Shown here: one piece after another, positions 6,330 to 16,419 of the stretch
How positions within the stretch are numbered: position 1 is the first letter of the stretch
Layout: each line of letters begins with the position of its first letter
From: a virus
Taxonomy: Duplodnaviria > Caudoviricetes
Length of the DNA stretch: 64,000 nt
Virus record (IMG/VR): IMGVR_UViG_3300044630_004692
Coordinates: 410 to 64,409 of that record
Direction: 5' to 3' (one strand)
Translations under genes and position numbers: made by a program
The notes under the pieces: model-generated
Told to the model about the DNA's origin: nothing
Databases searched by the model: none
The model's input: only the letters and a program-made list of their open reading frames with translations

Positions 6330-7409
6330 ATGACTGCAACTCTCGCCCAACAGCGAAGTGGCAACACTTGGGAACAATTCTGCGAGTGGGTTACTTCAAC
6401 CAACAATCGTCTTTACGTTGGCTGGTTCGGAACCCTCATGATTCCAACTCTTCTCGCTGCGACTATTTGTTTCATTGTTGCCTTTATCGCTGCACCTCCT
6501 GTCGATATCGACGGCATCCGTGAACCTGTTGCTGGTTCACTTCTCTACGGCAACAACATCATCTCTGGTGCTGTTGTTCCTTCCAGCAACGCTATCGGTC
6601 TTCACTTCTATCCCATCTGGGAAGCACTTTCACTTGACGAATGGCTTTACAATGGCGGACCTTATCAACTTGTGGTTTTCCACTTCCTTATTGGTGTCTT
6701 CTGCTACATGGGTCGTGAATGGGAACTCTCCTATCGTCTGGGTATGCGTCCTTGGATTTGCGTTGCTTATTCTGCTCCCGTGGCTGCTGCAACTGCTGTG
6801 TTTCTTGTTTATCCCTTCGGTCAAGGTTCCTTCTCCGATGGAATGCCTCTTGGAATCTCGGGAACGTTTAATTACATGCTCGTCTTCCAAGCAGAACACA
6901 ATATTCTTATGCATCCGTTCCATATGCTTGGCGTGGCTGGGGTATTTGGTGGCAGTCTGTTTAGTGCTATGCACGGAAGTCTGGTCACGTCATCGCTAGT
7001 GCGTGAAACTACTGAAACCGAATCACAAAACTATGGATACAAGTTCGGACAAGAAGAAGAAACCTACAACATCGTCGCCGCACACGGCTACTTCGGACGC
7101 CTCATCTTCCAATACGCTTCCTTTAACAACTCTCGTAGCCTACACTTCTTTTTGGCTGCTTGGCCTGTTGTTGGTATTTGGTTTGCTGCTCTTGGAGTTA
7201 GCACGATGGCATTCAACCTGAATGGTTTCAACTTCAACCAGTCTCTGCTTGATAACAACAACCGTGTTATTCCTACCTGGGCTGATATTCTCAACCGTGC
7301 TAACCTTGGTTTTGAGGTAATGCATGAGCGCAACGCTCACAACTTCCCTCTTGACCTTGCTGCTGCTGATATGACCCCTGTGGCACTCACCGCACCAGCT
7401 ATCGGCTGA
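6330..7409 (+). CDS. psbA: photosystem II D1 protein
   Basis: Full-length D1 ([21 protein letters not shown]...[13 protein letters not shown]) with C-terminal extension; no intron. Confidence 0.99.
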   Translation: MTATLAQQRSGNTWEQFCEWVTSTNNRLYVGWFGTLMIPTLLAATICFIVAFIAAPPVDIDGIREPVAGSLLYGNNIISGAVVPSSNAIGLHFYPIWEALSLDEWLYNGGPYQLVVFHFLIGVFCYMGREWELSYRLGMRPWICVAYSAPVAAATAVFLVYPFGQGSFSDGMPLGISGTFNYMLVFQAEHNILMHPFHMLGVAGVFGGSLFSAMHGSLVTSSLVRETTETESQNYGYKFGQEEETYNIVAAHGYFGRLIFQYASFNNSRSLHFFLAAWPVVGIWFAALGVSTMAFNLNGFNFNQSLLDNNNRVIPTWADILNRANLGFEVMHERNAHNFPLDLAAADMTPVALTAPAIG

Positions 7410-7417
7410 TTATCTAC

Positions 7418-7462
7418 TTGACAAATCTCTCCAAACCGTCTACAATGTGTAGGCGGTTTTTT
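7418..7462 (+). terminator. psbA terminator overlapping a sigma70 promoter
   Basis: AAACCGTCTAC/GTAGGCGGTTT plus T-run; TTGACA(7418)-17-TACAAT(7441). Confidence 0.75.
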
Positions 7463-7469
7463 ATTGATT

Positions 7470-8138
7470 ATGAAAAAGTACACTGTTTGGATAAGCTGTG
7501 GGAATAGTCCATGGGATAGAACATATTTCAATGAGCTAGGTGCAGTACAACTTACACAAGAACAAATCTCTAAATACTTTACTTTTTCAGAATCTGGAGA
7601 AATTGAATTTGATTCTGATGTTCTATCAGAAGAAACTGATAGAGATTGGAATGACCCAGAGAAAAATTTACCAACTTGGGATGATGTAACAGAAGGTTGT
7701 CTATGTTGGGGTCCAGATGCAGATGACCAATATGTTGGTGTATGTCTTGCAGAAGATGATGAAAATCAAATTTGGGTAAAATCAATTGAAGAACTACCGT
7801 ATTATACTTCCAATGATATTCAAGAAGGACTTCATATTCAAGAAGAACATACTGGCGCAATTGCTAGAATTATATCTGAATTGGATGAGCCTGATGGAGT
7901 TTGGATTGTCTATAATTCTTATGAGCGTGGTAGTTATGTTGGAGAATTTGAACTTCCAGATGATGTTCAATTTGACCCATCTAAATTAGTAGTGAATCTA
8001 TCTGAAGTTGCAGAATCTTGGACTGTAGTTACTGGATTTGAATATGATGGAGAAGATATTTACTGTGATGGTGATACTATGGGAAAAGGTATCGACTGGT
8101 ATGTTTATTATAAAGGTCAGCTTCATAGCTTCAAATGA
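7470..8138 (+). CDS. acidic hypothetical protein
   Basis: 222-aa ORF from ATG at 7470. Confidence 0.8.
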   Translation: MKKYTVWISCGNSPWDRTYFNELGAVQLTQEQISKYFTFSESGEIEFDSDVLSEETDRDWNDPEKNLPTWDDVTEGCLCWGPDADDQYVGVCLAEDDENQIWVKSIEELPYYTSNDIQEGLHIQEEHTGAIARIISELDEPDGVWIVYNSYERGSYVGEFELPDDVQFDPSKLVVNLSEVAESWTVVTGFEYDGEDIYCDGDTMGKGIDWYVYYKGQLHSFK

Positions 8139-8142
8139 CCCC

Positions 8143-8171
8143 TTGACAAATATTTGAAAATGTCCTACACT
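8143..8171 (+). promoter_or_regulatory. sigma70 promoter
   Basis: TTGACA-17-TACACT. Confidence 0.65.
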
Positions 8172-8196
8172 AGAATCGTGACTCGATTTACACTGA

Positions 8197-8733
8197 ATGC
8201 AGTATAAAGAAATTTTTGAGCGAGAGCACTGGATTAAAATTCTAAACAATGTAGTTGAAGAATTGCAATTTGTACTATCTCGTAATATTAAATTAAAACT
8301 AAAATCTGAATTAATTTCAGAAATGACTGAAAAACTTGCACAAGAATATTTCTCTAAAATTTATCCAGAGAATGTAAAATGTGCAACTTGTGATAATGAC
8401 CCAGACTTAGTATTTGGAACTACTCCAGTTGAAATTAAAGTAGCAAAGTATTGTAATGGCTTTTGCTGGAGAGGAGCTAAATACTCTAAGCGAGAAAGTG
8501 ATTACGTTTTGATTGCATGGGATTTTAATAAGTACAACCCAGAAGTAATTCATTTTGCAGTTTATAAAGCATTCCTTTCAACACAAGATTGGATTGAACA
8601 AAAACGTGATAACTATTATGCTAAGTTATACACAATGAATTTATTGTCTAAAAATAAAACACACTTTGCAATTATTGGAGATATTTCATACAATAAAAAC
8701 GATAATGCAAAACCTATCTTTGAGGAAATCTAA
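8197..8733 (+). CDS. PD-(D/E)xK restriction-endonuclease-like protein
   Basis: Helix E (MTEKLA), PDL...VEIK catalytic signature. Confidence 0.65.
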   Translation: MQYKEIFEREHWIKILNNVVEELQFVLSRNIKLKLKSELISEMTEKLAQEYFSKIYPENVKCATCDNDPDLVFGTTPVEIKVAKYCNGFCWRGAKYSKRESDYVLIAWDFNKYNPEVIHFAVYKAFLSTQDWIEQKRDNYYAKLYTMNLLSKNKTHFAIIGDISYNKNDNAKPIFEEI

Positions 8734-8966
8734 TGGAAGACCAAGTAATTGATGTTGAAGCTTCTTCTGTTGTTGATGAACAATTTCCATCTAATATTAG
8801 TATGGAAGTCAATCATGAAGATAAAATTAAAACAGCAGCAGAAATCCGAAATGATTTAAATAAACTAAAAGAACTGAATAGAGAACTAAAGAAAATCAAA
8901 AGATATATGAAGAGTCCTATTCATGCTATTCGACAAATGGATGCAAAAGCTGCCATGAATCAATGA
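8733..8966 (+). CDS. hypothetical protein
   Basis: 77-aa coupled ORF. Confidence 0.7.
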   Translation: MEDQVIDVEASSVVDEQFPSNISMEVNHEDKIKTAAEIRNDLNKLKELNRELKKIKRYMKSPIHAIRQMDAKAAMNQ

Positions 8967-8997
8967 TATATAATAAGTAACCATTGGTTACTTTTTT

Positions 8998-9084
8998 GGA
9001 GGGTCAATCCGATTGGCGACGGAACCTGTCTTGAAAACAGTTGAGGTGTTAAAGCCCTTGGGCGTTCGACTCGCCCACCCTCCG
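8998..9084 (+). tRNA. tRNA-Ser(TGA)
   Basis: Acceptor GGAGGGT/ACCCTCC+G, anticodon loop CT TGA AA, long variable arm, T-loop TTCGACT. Confidence 0.93.
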
Positions 9085-9102
9085 TTAATTGATATTATTT
9101 TT

Positions 9103-9258
9103 ATGAATGACAAAATGTACAAAGAATTTTGTGAAAAAATTCAACACAGTATTCAAATTTCAATTAAGCATGGTCACAATGATTATGCACTGGGATTAAA
9201 AAAATCTATCATGATTATGAATGAATTAAGACAAAGATATGCAAATGAAACTAAATAA
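9103..9258 (+). CDS. small hypothetical protein
   Basis: ATG at 9103 downstream of the tRNA. Confidence 0.6.
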   Translation: MNDKMYKEFCEKIQHSIQISIKHGHNDYALGLKKSIMIMNELRQRYANETK

Positions 9259-9284
9259 TATCATTCTTAATCTGAGAGGTTAGT

Positions 9285-9476
9285 ATGGAAAAATGTCCTG
9301 CCTGTGGGATAATTATTGAAGACGGATTAGCTAAATTTTCATACGGGAAACCTGGAAGTTTAGAATATCTTGCTCAACGAGTCTGCCAGTATCGTAAAGT
9401 AGATTCTCCATGTATAAATCCTTGCTATAATGAAGAGACTGATTATCCTCCTGGATACGACGAACTTCCATTTTAA
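9285..9476 (+). CDS. small Cys-rich hypothetical protein
   Basis: CPAC...C...C; GAGG RBS. Confidence 0.75.
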   Translation: MEKCPACGIIIEDGLAKFSYGKPGSLEYLAQRVCQYRKVDSPCINPCYNEETDYPPGYDELPF

Positions 9477-9493
9477 CCTTATTATTAAATATT

Positions 9494-10051
9494 ATGATTG
9501 AATTAAATGATTTTATAAAAGTTTATGATGATGTATTAGATAATGATACATGTAATCAGTTGATTCAATTTTTTGAATCCAATAACGAAAAACAAGAACA
9601 TATTAATAATAATTATTGTCCTAATTTTATTCAGTTAAACTTAACCGAAAATCACAAACAAAATTCAGACATACAAACTATTCACAATCAACTAATAAAA
9701 AAGACAATAGAATATAGAGATAAGTATTATGAATTTGTAGATAAAAACGTATTTCCAGAAACTCATGCATTTGAGCAATTTAGAATTAAAAAATACTTAG
9801 ACAATGCTGAGTATAGATTTGATACTCATGTTGATGTTACTGATTATAGTTCTGCTAGAAGATATCTTTCTTTTATGTGGTATTTAAATGATGTAGAAGT
9901 TGGAGGACATACTGTTTTTAAAGATTTTAGTATAGTTCCAAAAACTGGAAGATTACTTGTATTCCCTCCACTATGGTTGTTTCCTCATTATGCACAACCT
10001 GCTTTGAGTGGAGTTAAATATATTATAAGCACATACTTACACTACAAATGA
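9494..10051 (+). CDS. 2OG-Fe(II) oxygenase
   Basis: HVD...WYLNDVEVGG...LVFPPLWLFPH...KY. Confidence 0.9.
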   Translation: MIELNDFIKVYDDVLDNDTCNQLIQFFESNNEKQEHINNNYCPNFIQLNLTENHKQNSDIQTIHNQLIKKTIEYRDKYYEFVDKNVFPETHAFEQFRIKKYLDNAEYRFDTHVDVTDYSSARRYLSFMWYLNDVEVGGHTVFKDFSIVPKTGRLLVFPPLWLFPHYAQPALSGVKYIISTYLHYK

Positions 10052-10251
10052 CTATGGAAACTAACACTGAGGCTACTGAAAATCTAGAGATTGAATTGGA
10101 TGATGATACTGCCAAGATTGCATCAATCTTAGCAGAAGAAAGAGGTATTACTGTAGAAGAATTACTTCAACAAGTTTTGACTGATGCATTGGAAAGTGGG
10201 TATTTTGATAATCCAGAAAATATAACTGTCAATGATTCTCTAGACGTATGA
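10048..10251 (+). CDS. small protein, ribbon-helix-helix-like
   Basis: LEIELDDDT...LAEERGITVEELLQQVL pattern. Confidence 0.6.
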   Translation: MTMETNTEATENLEIELDDDTAKIASILAEERGITVEELLQQVLTDALESGYFDNPENITVNDSLDV

Positions 10252-10475
10252 CACCACAAGTATTTTTTACATTATTAATATGTATACTTTGGTATGTCTG
10301 TTTCACTGACCCGAATATATTAGATTGGGTTACTATTAAAATACAACATTTTTTTGTGTATTTACATTTGCAATATATTAAACTTAAATGGAAATTTAAG
10401 AAATTTTAGCGTCGGGGTGCCCTGGCGCTTTCCTGCTTTTTGTGCTATACTACGGAGAGAATCCGACAACTGCCT

Positions 10476-10712
10476 ATGGACATTGTAATTTACAGTAAAG
10501 AAAATTGCCAGTATTGTGAAAAAATCAAGCAAGTTTTTGGACTCAAACAAATGAATTATGTTGAGTATAAACTTGATGTAGATTTTACTAGGCAAAATTT
10601 CATAGATGAATTTGGAGAAAATTCCACATTTCCTAGAATCTTAATTGATGGGAAATTAATTGGTGGAGCATCTGAAACAATTTCTTATCTTAAGGAGAAC
10701 AATTTAGTATGA
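10476..10712 (+). CDS. nrdC: glutaredoxin
   Basis: IYSKENCQYC, TFPRI, IGG. Confidence 0.92.
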   Translation: MDIVIYSKENCQYCEKIKQVFGLKQMNYVEYKLDVDFTRQNFIDEFGENSTFPRILIDGKLIGGASETISYLKENNLV

Positions 10713-11419
10713 TTAAAGTGTGTGAAATTTCTTCTTTTATTGATACATTGATGGATAACTTTACTATTCATCGAAAAAAACCTAAAGCTAGTTTTGTTAA
10801 ATTTTTACAGTCGCAGGATATTGACCGTAAAACAATTAATGATTATGTAGAAAACAAAACTGGTTTTATTGAAGAGCAAATAAAGGAACTTGAACTTGCG
10901 ATGTCTGGTGCTGACCCACAAGTAAAAGAAGGGTACGGAAATTTTCGTAAACCAGAACTTCGTGAATTTAAAGAAATGCTAGAACAAATCATTGATGATT
11001 TGCATAGCTATAAAGACAGCAAGAAGATTGTACGAAAGCGTAAAACACATTCACCAGAAAAACTAATAAAGTATATTAGTCTTAATACTAATCCAATTGT
11101 AGTAGGAACAAATTCATATTCTGCTATTCCTACTCTAAGTATTATTGGTGCAAAACATATTTTTCTATACAACGCAGAAAACAGAGAACTTTCATATTAT
11201 ACTGGTAGGTCTCTTAGTGTTCGTAGAACTTTAATCACTGGATTTGATTCTGAAAAATCTTGGGTTAGGACTATTAGAAAACCAGAAGATTTTCTGACTG
11301 AAATTATTTCTTGTAGTAAATTCAATGTTGAAAATATTGGAACTCTTCTAACTACAAAACCTAAAACTCCAACTGGTCGTACCAATTCAAAACAGACATT
11401 ATTGAAGGTTTTGACATGA
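10709..11419 (+). CDS. conserved T4-like hypothetical protein
   Basis: QVKEGY...TIRKPE...PTGRTN motifs; position after glutaredoxin. Confidence 0.8.
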   Translation: MIKVCEISSFIDTLMDNFTIHRKKPKASFVKFLQSQDIDRKTINDYVENKTGFIEEQIKELELAMSGADPQVKEGYGNFRKPELREFKEMLEQIIDDLHSYKDSKKIVRKRKTHSPEKLIKYISLNTNPIVVGTNSYSAIPTLSIIGAKHIFLYNAENRELSYYTGRSLSVRRTLITGFDSEKSWVRTIRKPEDFLTEIISCSKFNVENIGTLLTTKPKTPTGRTNSKQTLLKVLT

Positions 11420-11586
11420 ACTCAATTCCAGAAAAATACCTAAATAAAAATGTAAAAGCAATGTTGAGTGGGAGGAGTAAGACTTTTAATAAAAAGCCTG
11501 ACTTTCACTTTTCTAGGGTATTTTCATTTCTTCAAAAAGCCTATAAAGTGGAGATAAAAATTTTCGTAGATAACGTACAACCATAA
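11416..11586 (+). CDS. small hypothetical protein (56 aa, not in track)
   Basis: ATGA overlap, MNSIPEKYLNKNVKAML...; fills the gap. Confidence 0.6.
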   Translation: MNSIPEKYLNKNVKAMLSGRSKTFNKKPDFHFSRVFSFLQKAYKVEIKIFVDNVQP

Positions 11587-11609
11587 TCTAAGGCTAGAGG
11601 AGAAAACTT

Positions 11610-11849
11610 ATGCCAAGTCTACTAGTTCTCATTTCCGTACTATCAATAGGTATTGTACTAATTGTTCTGAGTTTTATGGTAGGAATTGTATTTGGTTGGT
11701 TTGCAAATGAATACTTTACTCCTATGACTTCTGGAAACAATCATCTACATCCAGAAATGTATGATGAAAACGGAAATTATATAACTGAAGAATTAATTGC
11801 TGTGCGTTTTGAAGAAGAAGATGAGGAAGACGAAAACGAAGAGGATTAA
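11610..11849 (+). CDS. membrane protein, DUF2973-like
   Basis: TM segment, HPEMYDENGN, acidic tail. Confidence 0.75.
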   Translation: MPSLLVLISVLSIGIVLIVLSFMVGIVFGWFANEYFTPMTSGNNHLHPEMYDENGNYITEELIAVRFEEEDEEDENEED

Positions 11850-11852
11850 TTT

Positions 11853-12731
11853 ATGATACTTGTTGATATGAATCAGTGTATGATTAGTAACTTAATGATG
11901 CAGACCAAAATTGATGATGGACTAGATGAAAATATGGTTCGTCATATGGTTCTAAATTCTATTAAATCATACAGGAAAAAATTTCATGAAGAATATGGAG
12001 AACTAGTACTTTGTTATGATAGTAAGCACTATTGGAGAAAGGAAGTTTTCCCATATTATAAACAAAACAGAAAAAAAGATAGAGAAAAATCTTCTCATAA
12101 TTGGTCTAAAATTTTTGAAGTATTGAATAAAATTAGGGATGAGATTAGAGACAACTTTCCATATATTGTAATGGAAATTTATGGAACTGAGGCAGATGAT
12201 GTGATAGCAACATTATCAAAATATATCTCTATTCAAAATATTAAAAAACAGAAGCAAAATCTTCCCACAGAAAAAGTATTAATTCTATCTGGGGATAAAG
12301 ATTTTATTCAACTTAAAAAATATCCATGTGTGTCTCAATACAATCCGTTACAGAAAAAATTTGTAAGCGGAATTGACCCAAAAATTTACATCAAAGAGCA
12401 TGTAATCAAGGGAGATAAATCAGATGGAATTCCAAATTTCTTATCAGCATCTGATACTTTTGTTACTGGAAAAAGACAGAAGCCAATAAGTAAAAAGAAT
12501 ATTGATAAGTGGATAAACTGTGACCCAGAATCATATTGTAATGCAGAACAACTTTCAAATTATCATCGAAATCTTAGGTTAATTGATTTGAGTATGATAC
12601 CTTCTGAAATTGAAAACAAAATTATAGAAGAATTTGAGAAGTTAAATAGTAGTAAGCCAAACAAGCTATCAATAAATTATTTTATTGAAAACAAATTAGT
12701 ATCTTTATTAAATGAAATGGAGGATTTTTAA
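11853..12731 (+). CDS. rnh: T4-like RNase H (5'-3' exonuclease)
   Basis: MILVDMNQ, YWRK..FPYYK, EADDVI, SGDKDFIQL, GDKSDGIPN. Confidence 0.95.
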   Translation: MILVDMNQCMISNLMMQTKIDDGLDENMVRHMVLNSIKSYRKKFHEEYGELVLCYDSKHYWRKEVFPYYKQNRKKDREKSSHNWSKIFEVLNKIRDEIRDNFPYIVMEIYGTEADDVIATLSKYISIQNIKKQKQNLPTEKVLILSGDKDFIQLKKYPCVSQYNPLQKKFVSGIDPKIYIKEHVIKGDKSDGIPNFLSASDTFVTGKRQKPISKKNIDKWINCDPESYCNAEQLSNYHRNLRLIDLSMIPSEIENKIIEEFEKLNSSKPNKLSINYFIENKLVSLLNEMEDF

Positions 12732-12733
12732 CA

Positions 12734-13186
12734 ATGGCTGAATTACCAGTAGAAAAACTTCTGATGTCAGAAGTTCTTCAAAAAATATCAAACGCAAAAA
12801 CGAAGGCAGAAAAAATAGTTCTACTTCAAAAATACAAAACACCAGCACTACAATCTTTGTTAATTTGGAATTTTGATGATAGTGTTGTAACACTTCTTCC
12901 TGAAGGAGATGTTCCATATAAACCAAATGAAGCTCCTATAGATACTGAGCATACTCGTTTGATTCATGAGTATAGAATTCTGTATCATTTCATCAAAGGT
13001 GGAAATGATGGACTATCAACTCTAAAAAGAGAAACGATGTTTATCCAACTACTAGAAGGACTTCATATGGATGAAGCAAAAGTTCTTTGTTTAGTTAAAG
13101 ATAAACAATTAGGCAAAAAGTATAAAATTACAAAAGCTTGTATAGCGGAAGCCTATCCAGAAATTCAATGGGGTAATAGGTCGTGA
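12734..13186 (+). CDS. conserved cyanomyovirus hypothetical protein
   Basis: LPEGDVPY...KRETMFIQLLEGLH motif; position after rnh. Confidence 0.85.
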   Translation: MAELPVEKLLMSEVLQKISNAKTKAEKIVLLQKYKTPALQSLLIWNFDDSVVTLLPEGDVPYKPNEAPIDTEHTRLIHEYRILYHFIKGGNDGLSTLKRETMFIQLLEGLHMDEAKVLCLVKDKQLGKKYKITKACIAEAYPEIQWGNRS

Positions 13187-13187
13187 C

Positions 13188-13445
13188 ATGTGTAAAATTG
13201 TTCATTTAGATTGCAGCAAAGAACTAGCAAAAGATAAAACTCTTCCACTGAATTCATATCTGGTCACTTATGTACTTGACAACCAGACCAGATATGATAT
13301 AGTGGTATGTAACAAGCGGTCTCATATCTTCGACATGTACTGGGATAAGTACAGAGAGGGATTGAAGGATATTCGCTGGACTGATGGAAAAGTCAACCCA
13401 AAACTTTGGGGAGTTGAACCAAAAGAATCTAAAAAGAAAAAGTAA
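13188..13445 (+). CDS. conserved hypothetical protein
   Basis: IFDMYWDKY...GKVNPKLWG. Confidence 0.8.
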   Translation: MCKIVHLDCSKELAKDKTLPLNSYLVTYVLDNQTRYDIVVCNKRSHIFDMYWDKYREGLKDIRWTDGKVNPKLWGVEPKESKKKK

Positions 13446-13447
13446 TT

Positions 13448-14200
13448 ATGAAACCTATCAAATCAAAAGACCTTCTTGAACTCGATACGCATCTTGAAGT
13501 AGTGAAACTTCAAGGATACCCAATTCCAGAACAAGTCATTTGGCAAGCAGGAAAGGGTGACTATTCTGAAGTTCCAATTCATACAGTTAAAGTTCCTAAT
13601 CATCAGGAGTGTGGTGAATGGATTGTAGAACAACTACTTGCAAACGAGAGAGGTCATTGGGGTCCAATTGAACATCCAGGAATTACTTTCTCTTGCTCTG
13701 GATTTGTTCATAACGTAATTGTTCAGGCAAGAACACATCGTATTGGAACAAGTTGGGATGTTCAATCTCAACGTTATACTGGAAAGCGGGTAGTTAAAGT
13801 TGCCAAGAAAGAACTTGATATCGAAGAGGTCTTTTATGTGCGTCCTGCGGGGTTCTACACCAATCGTAAGGGCAAGAAGTATGAATGGACCGAAGAGCAT
13901 CGCCAACGCAAACTAGGGCGTATCCTGAGTGAGTGTGAGGAGTATGCTGATTACTATGAGCAAGGAATGTGTGAAGAACATATTCGTGACTACCTTCCTC
14001 AGGCAATTCGTCAGAACTTTGTAGTTTCATTCAACCTTAGGTCTGTATTACACTTTATGGACCTTCGCTCAAAACTAGATGCCCAACTTGAAATTCAAGC
14101 ATTGTGTGATTCATTTGCTCCAGAACTGAAACTATGGGCACCCAATGTCTGGAATTATTATGAAGAAAAGCGGCTACACAAGGCAAGGCTGAGTCCTTGA
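13448..14200 (+). CDS. thyX: FAD-dependent thymidylate synthase
   Basis: GHWGPIEH, QARTHR..SWDVQSQRY, NLRS..HFMDLR. Confidence 0.95.
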   Translation: MKPIKSKDLLELDTHLEVVKLQGYPIPEQVIWQAGKGDYSEVPIHTVKVPNHQECGEWIVEQLLANERGHWGPIEHPGITFSCSGFVHNVIVQARTHRIGTSWDVQSQRYTGKRVVKVAKKELDIEEVFYVRPAGFYTNRKGKKYEWTEEHRQRKLGRILSECEEYADYYEQGMCEEHIRDYLPQAIRQNFVVSFNLRSVLHFMDLRSKLDAQLEIQALCDSFAPELKLWAPNVWNYYEEKRLHKARLSP

Positions 14201-14233
14201 TGCTATAATTGATGAGTGACTTCCTTTTATATT

Positions 14234-14782
14234 ATGAACATCTTTTATTTGAATTACAATCCAGTTGTGTGTGCTCAAGAGCATTGCGACAAGCATGTTG
14301 TTAAAATGATTGTAGAGTATGCACAACTTCTATCTACTGCTCATCGAGTTCTCGACGGTATTGGTTATTACGAACTTTCTGAAAAGAATCGTAAAGTCAA
14401 ACGATTCAAACTCGATGAGCCACGAGAATCGAATCTCTATAAAGCTTGTCATATCAACCATCCTTCTGCTATTTGGACTAGAAGTTCTGCTTCACATTAT
14501 AAGTGGCTCTACGAACTCTTTGAACAATGCTGTGCTGAATACACCAGGAGATATGGCAAGTTTCATGCTACTGAATCTTTGAAAGCTTATCTTAAATATC
14601 CACCTAATAATCTACCAAGTCTTGGTTGGTCGGACCCCCCTCCAGCAATGCCCGATAAATACAAAGTAGCTGATTCAATTCAGTCCTATCGTAACTATTA
14701 CATCGGAGAAAAAGTTTCCTTTGCAAAATGGAAATCTCCAGCAACTATTCCTGAATGGTTTAACACTCATGCCTACTTATAG
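14234..14782 (+). CDS. pyrimidine-dimer DNA glycosylase (DenV-like) family protein
   Basis: MNIFYL...HCDKHVVKMIVEYAQLLSTAH...HINHPSAIW. Confidence 0.8.
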   Translation: MNIFYLNYNPVVCAQEHCDKHVVKMIVEYAQLLSTAHRVLDGIGYYELSEKNRKVKRFKLDEPRESNLYKACHINHPSAIWTRSSASHYKWLYELFEQCCAEYTRRYGKFHATESLKAYLKYPPNNLPSLGWSDPPPAMPDKYKVADSIQSYRNYYIGEKVSFAKWKSPATIPEWFNTHAYL

Positions 14783-14999
14783 ATTCAAAGACAATAACAC
14801 TGGTGAACAATTTGATAAATGGATGTATATGGCAGAAAGGGAACCTTATCTAGCAAATAATCCTCATCTAACTCAAATTCCAACTGGTCTAAATGTAGTT
14901 GGTGGAGTTGGAGAATTTAAAAATAAAGCTCCAGACACTTTCAAAGACGTTCTTCGTCGCATCAAATCAAGCCATGCACATTCAACAATAGACGTATGA
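14769..14999 (+). CDS. FmdB-like small regulatory protein
   Basis: MPTYRFKDNNTGE N-terminus; usual position before phoH. Confidence 0.75.
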   Translation: MPTYRFKDNNTGEQFDKWMYMAEREPYLANNPHLTQIPTGLNVVGGVGEFKNKAPDTFKDVLRRIKSSHAHSTIDV

Positions 15000-15751
15000 C
15001 AAGTTCACGCAGAAGAAAATCTGACCAATCATTTTCTGATGTTCCATCTAAAAAAATGAGAAGGAAAAAACCAATTGACATTGAGCATATTAGAGACATT
15101 TCTCCATTAACACCAGCTCAAGAAAAAGTATTTGAAGAATATGCCAATCAAAAGAATTTGTTTCTTTATGGTGCTGCAGGCACTGGTAAAACTTTTATTA
15201 GCTTATATCTTGCTCTTAAAGATGTATTGAACGAAAGAACTCCATATGATAAAGTCTATATGGTTCGTTCTCTAGTTTCTACCAGAGAGATTGGTTTCCT
15301 TCCAGGAGACCATGAAGACAAGTCTTCACTTTACCAGATTCCATATAAGAACATGGTAAAGTATATGTTTGAAATGCCAGACGAAGCATCATTTGAAATG
15401 CTTTATGGCAATCTAAAAAATCAAGGAACTATTAGTTTTTGGTCTACCTCTTTTATTCGTGGAACAACTCTTGACAACTGTGTTATAATTGTAGATGAAA
15501 GTCAGAATCTCAATTTCCATGAATTGGATTCTATTATCACTCGTGTTGGGCAGGATACAAAAATTATTTTCTGTGGTGATGTCAATCAAACAGACTTAAT
15601 TAAAACAAATGAAAGAAATGGTATTCTAAACTTTATGAGTATTCTTCAAACCATGGAAGAATTTTCTATGGTAGAATTTGGCATTCCTGATATTGTTCGT
15701 TCTGGTCTCATCAAGAGTTATCTAATTAGCAAAATGAATTTAGGATTATAA
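14996..15751 (+). CDS. phoH: PhoH-family ATPase
   Basis: GAAGTGKT, IGFLPG, RGTTLD, DESQN. Confidence 0.95.
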   Translation: MTSSRRRKSDQSFSDVPSKKMRRKKPIDIEHIRDISPLTPAQEKVFEEYANQKNLFLYGAAGTGKTFISLYLALKDVLNERTPYDKVYMVRSLVSTREIGFLPGDHEDKSSLYQIPYKNMVKYMFEMPDEASFEMLYGNLKNQGTISFWSTSFIRGTTLDNCVIIVDESQNLNFHELDSIITRVGQDTKIIFCGDVNQTDLIKTNERNGILNFMSILQTMEEFSMVEFGIPDIVRSGLIKSYLISKMNLGL

Positions 15752-16419
15752 TGTTTATACATTTAAATAATGCTCCGTTGATTGATTTACAAGCAGAAAC
15801 AACAGATAAAGGAAGGATTTATGTTACTCCATCTGGTAACAGGTATCCTTCCGTTACTACTGTTATTGGTGCTAAATCAAAAAAATCTATTCTTGAATGG
15901 AGAAAGAGAGTAGGAGAAAAAGAAGCTAATCGTATTTCTTCCAGAGCTTCTGCTAGAGGTACTTCATTGCATTCTATGAATGAAGATTACCTAAATAATA
16001 TGTTCGATGAAAACAAGTATAAAGATAAAGTACTTCCTTTATACATGTTCAAATGTCTGCGACCATATCTAGACAAGATTAACAACATACATGTTCTAGA
16101 AGGAGCATTATATAGCGATATATTAAAACTTGCTGGAAGAGTTGATTGTATTGCTGAATATGAAAATGAGCTTGCAATTATAGATTTTAAAACTTCTACT
16201 GAGCCAAAGGAACGGCAATGGATTGATAATTACATTGCACAAGAATGTGCATATGCAATGATGTATTATGAACGTACTGAAATTAAAGTAAAAAAACTTG
16301 TAACATTAATTGCTTGTGAAGATGGAGAAATCCAAGTCTTTCAGGAGTATGACATCATGAAGTACATGAAAGTACTAATGGAATACATCAAAGCCTATGA
16401 AAAACAAAGAACTAACTGA
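15751..16419 (+). CDS. PD-(D/E)xK exonuclease (T4-like ExoA/Cas4-like)
   Basis: YPSVTTV, RGTSLH, AGRVDC, IIDFKTS. Confidence 0.9.
   Translation: MFIHLNNAPLIDLQAETTDKGRIYVTPSGNRYPSVTTVIGAKSKKSILEWRKRVGEKEANRISSRASARGTSLHSMNEDYLNNMFDENKYKDKVLPLYMFKCLRPYLDKINNIHVLEGALYSDILKLAGRVDCIAEYENELAIIDFKTSTEPKERQWIDNYIAQECAYAMMYYERTEIKVKKLVTLIACEDGEIQVFQEYDIMKYMKVLMEYIKAYEKQRTN

Noticed and set aside
6330-7409. Group I intron in psbA, or an adjacent psbD
   Set aside because: The D1 frame is uninterrupted and no D2 sequence is in the window
10252-10475. AT-rich non-coding gap as replication origin or NtcA-regulated site (similar gap at 59453-59590)
   Set aside because: No iterons or clean GTA-N8-TAC box found; evidence insufficient
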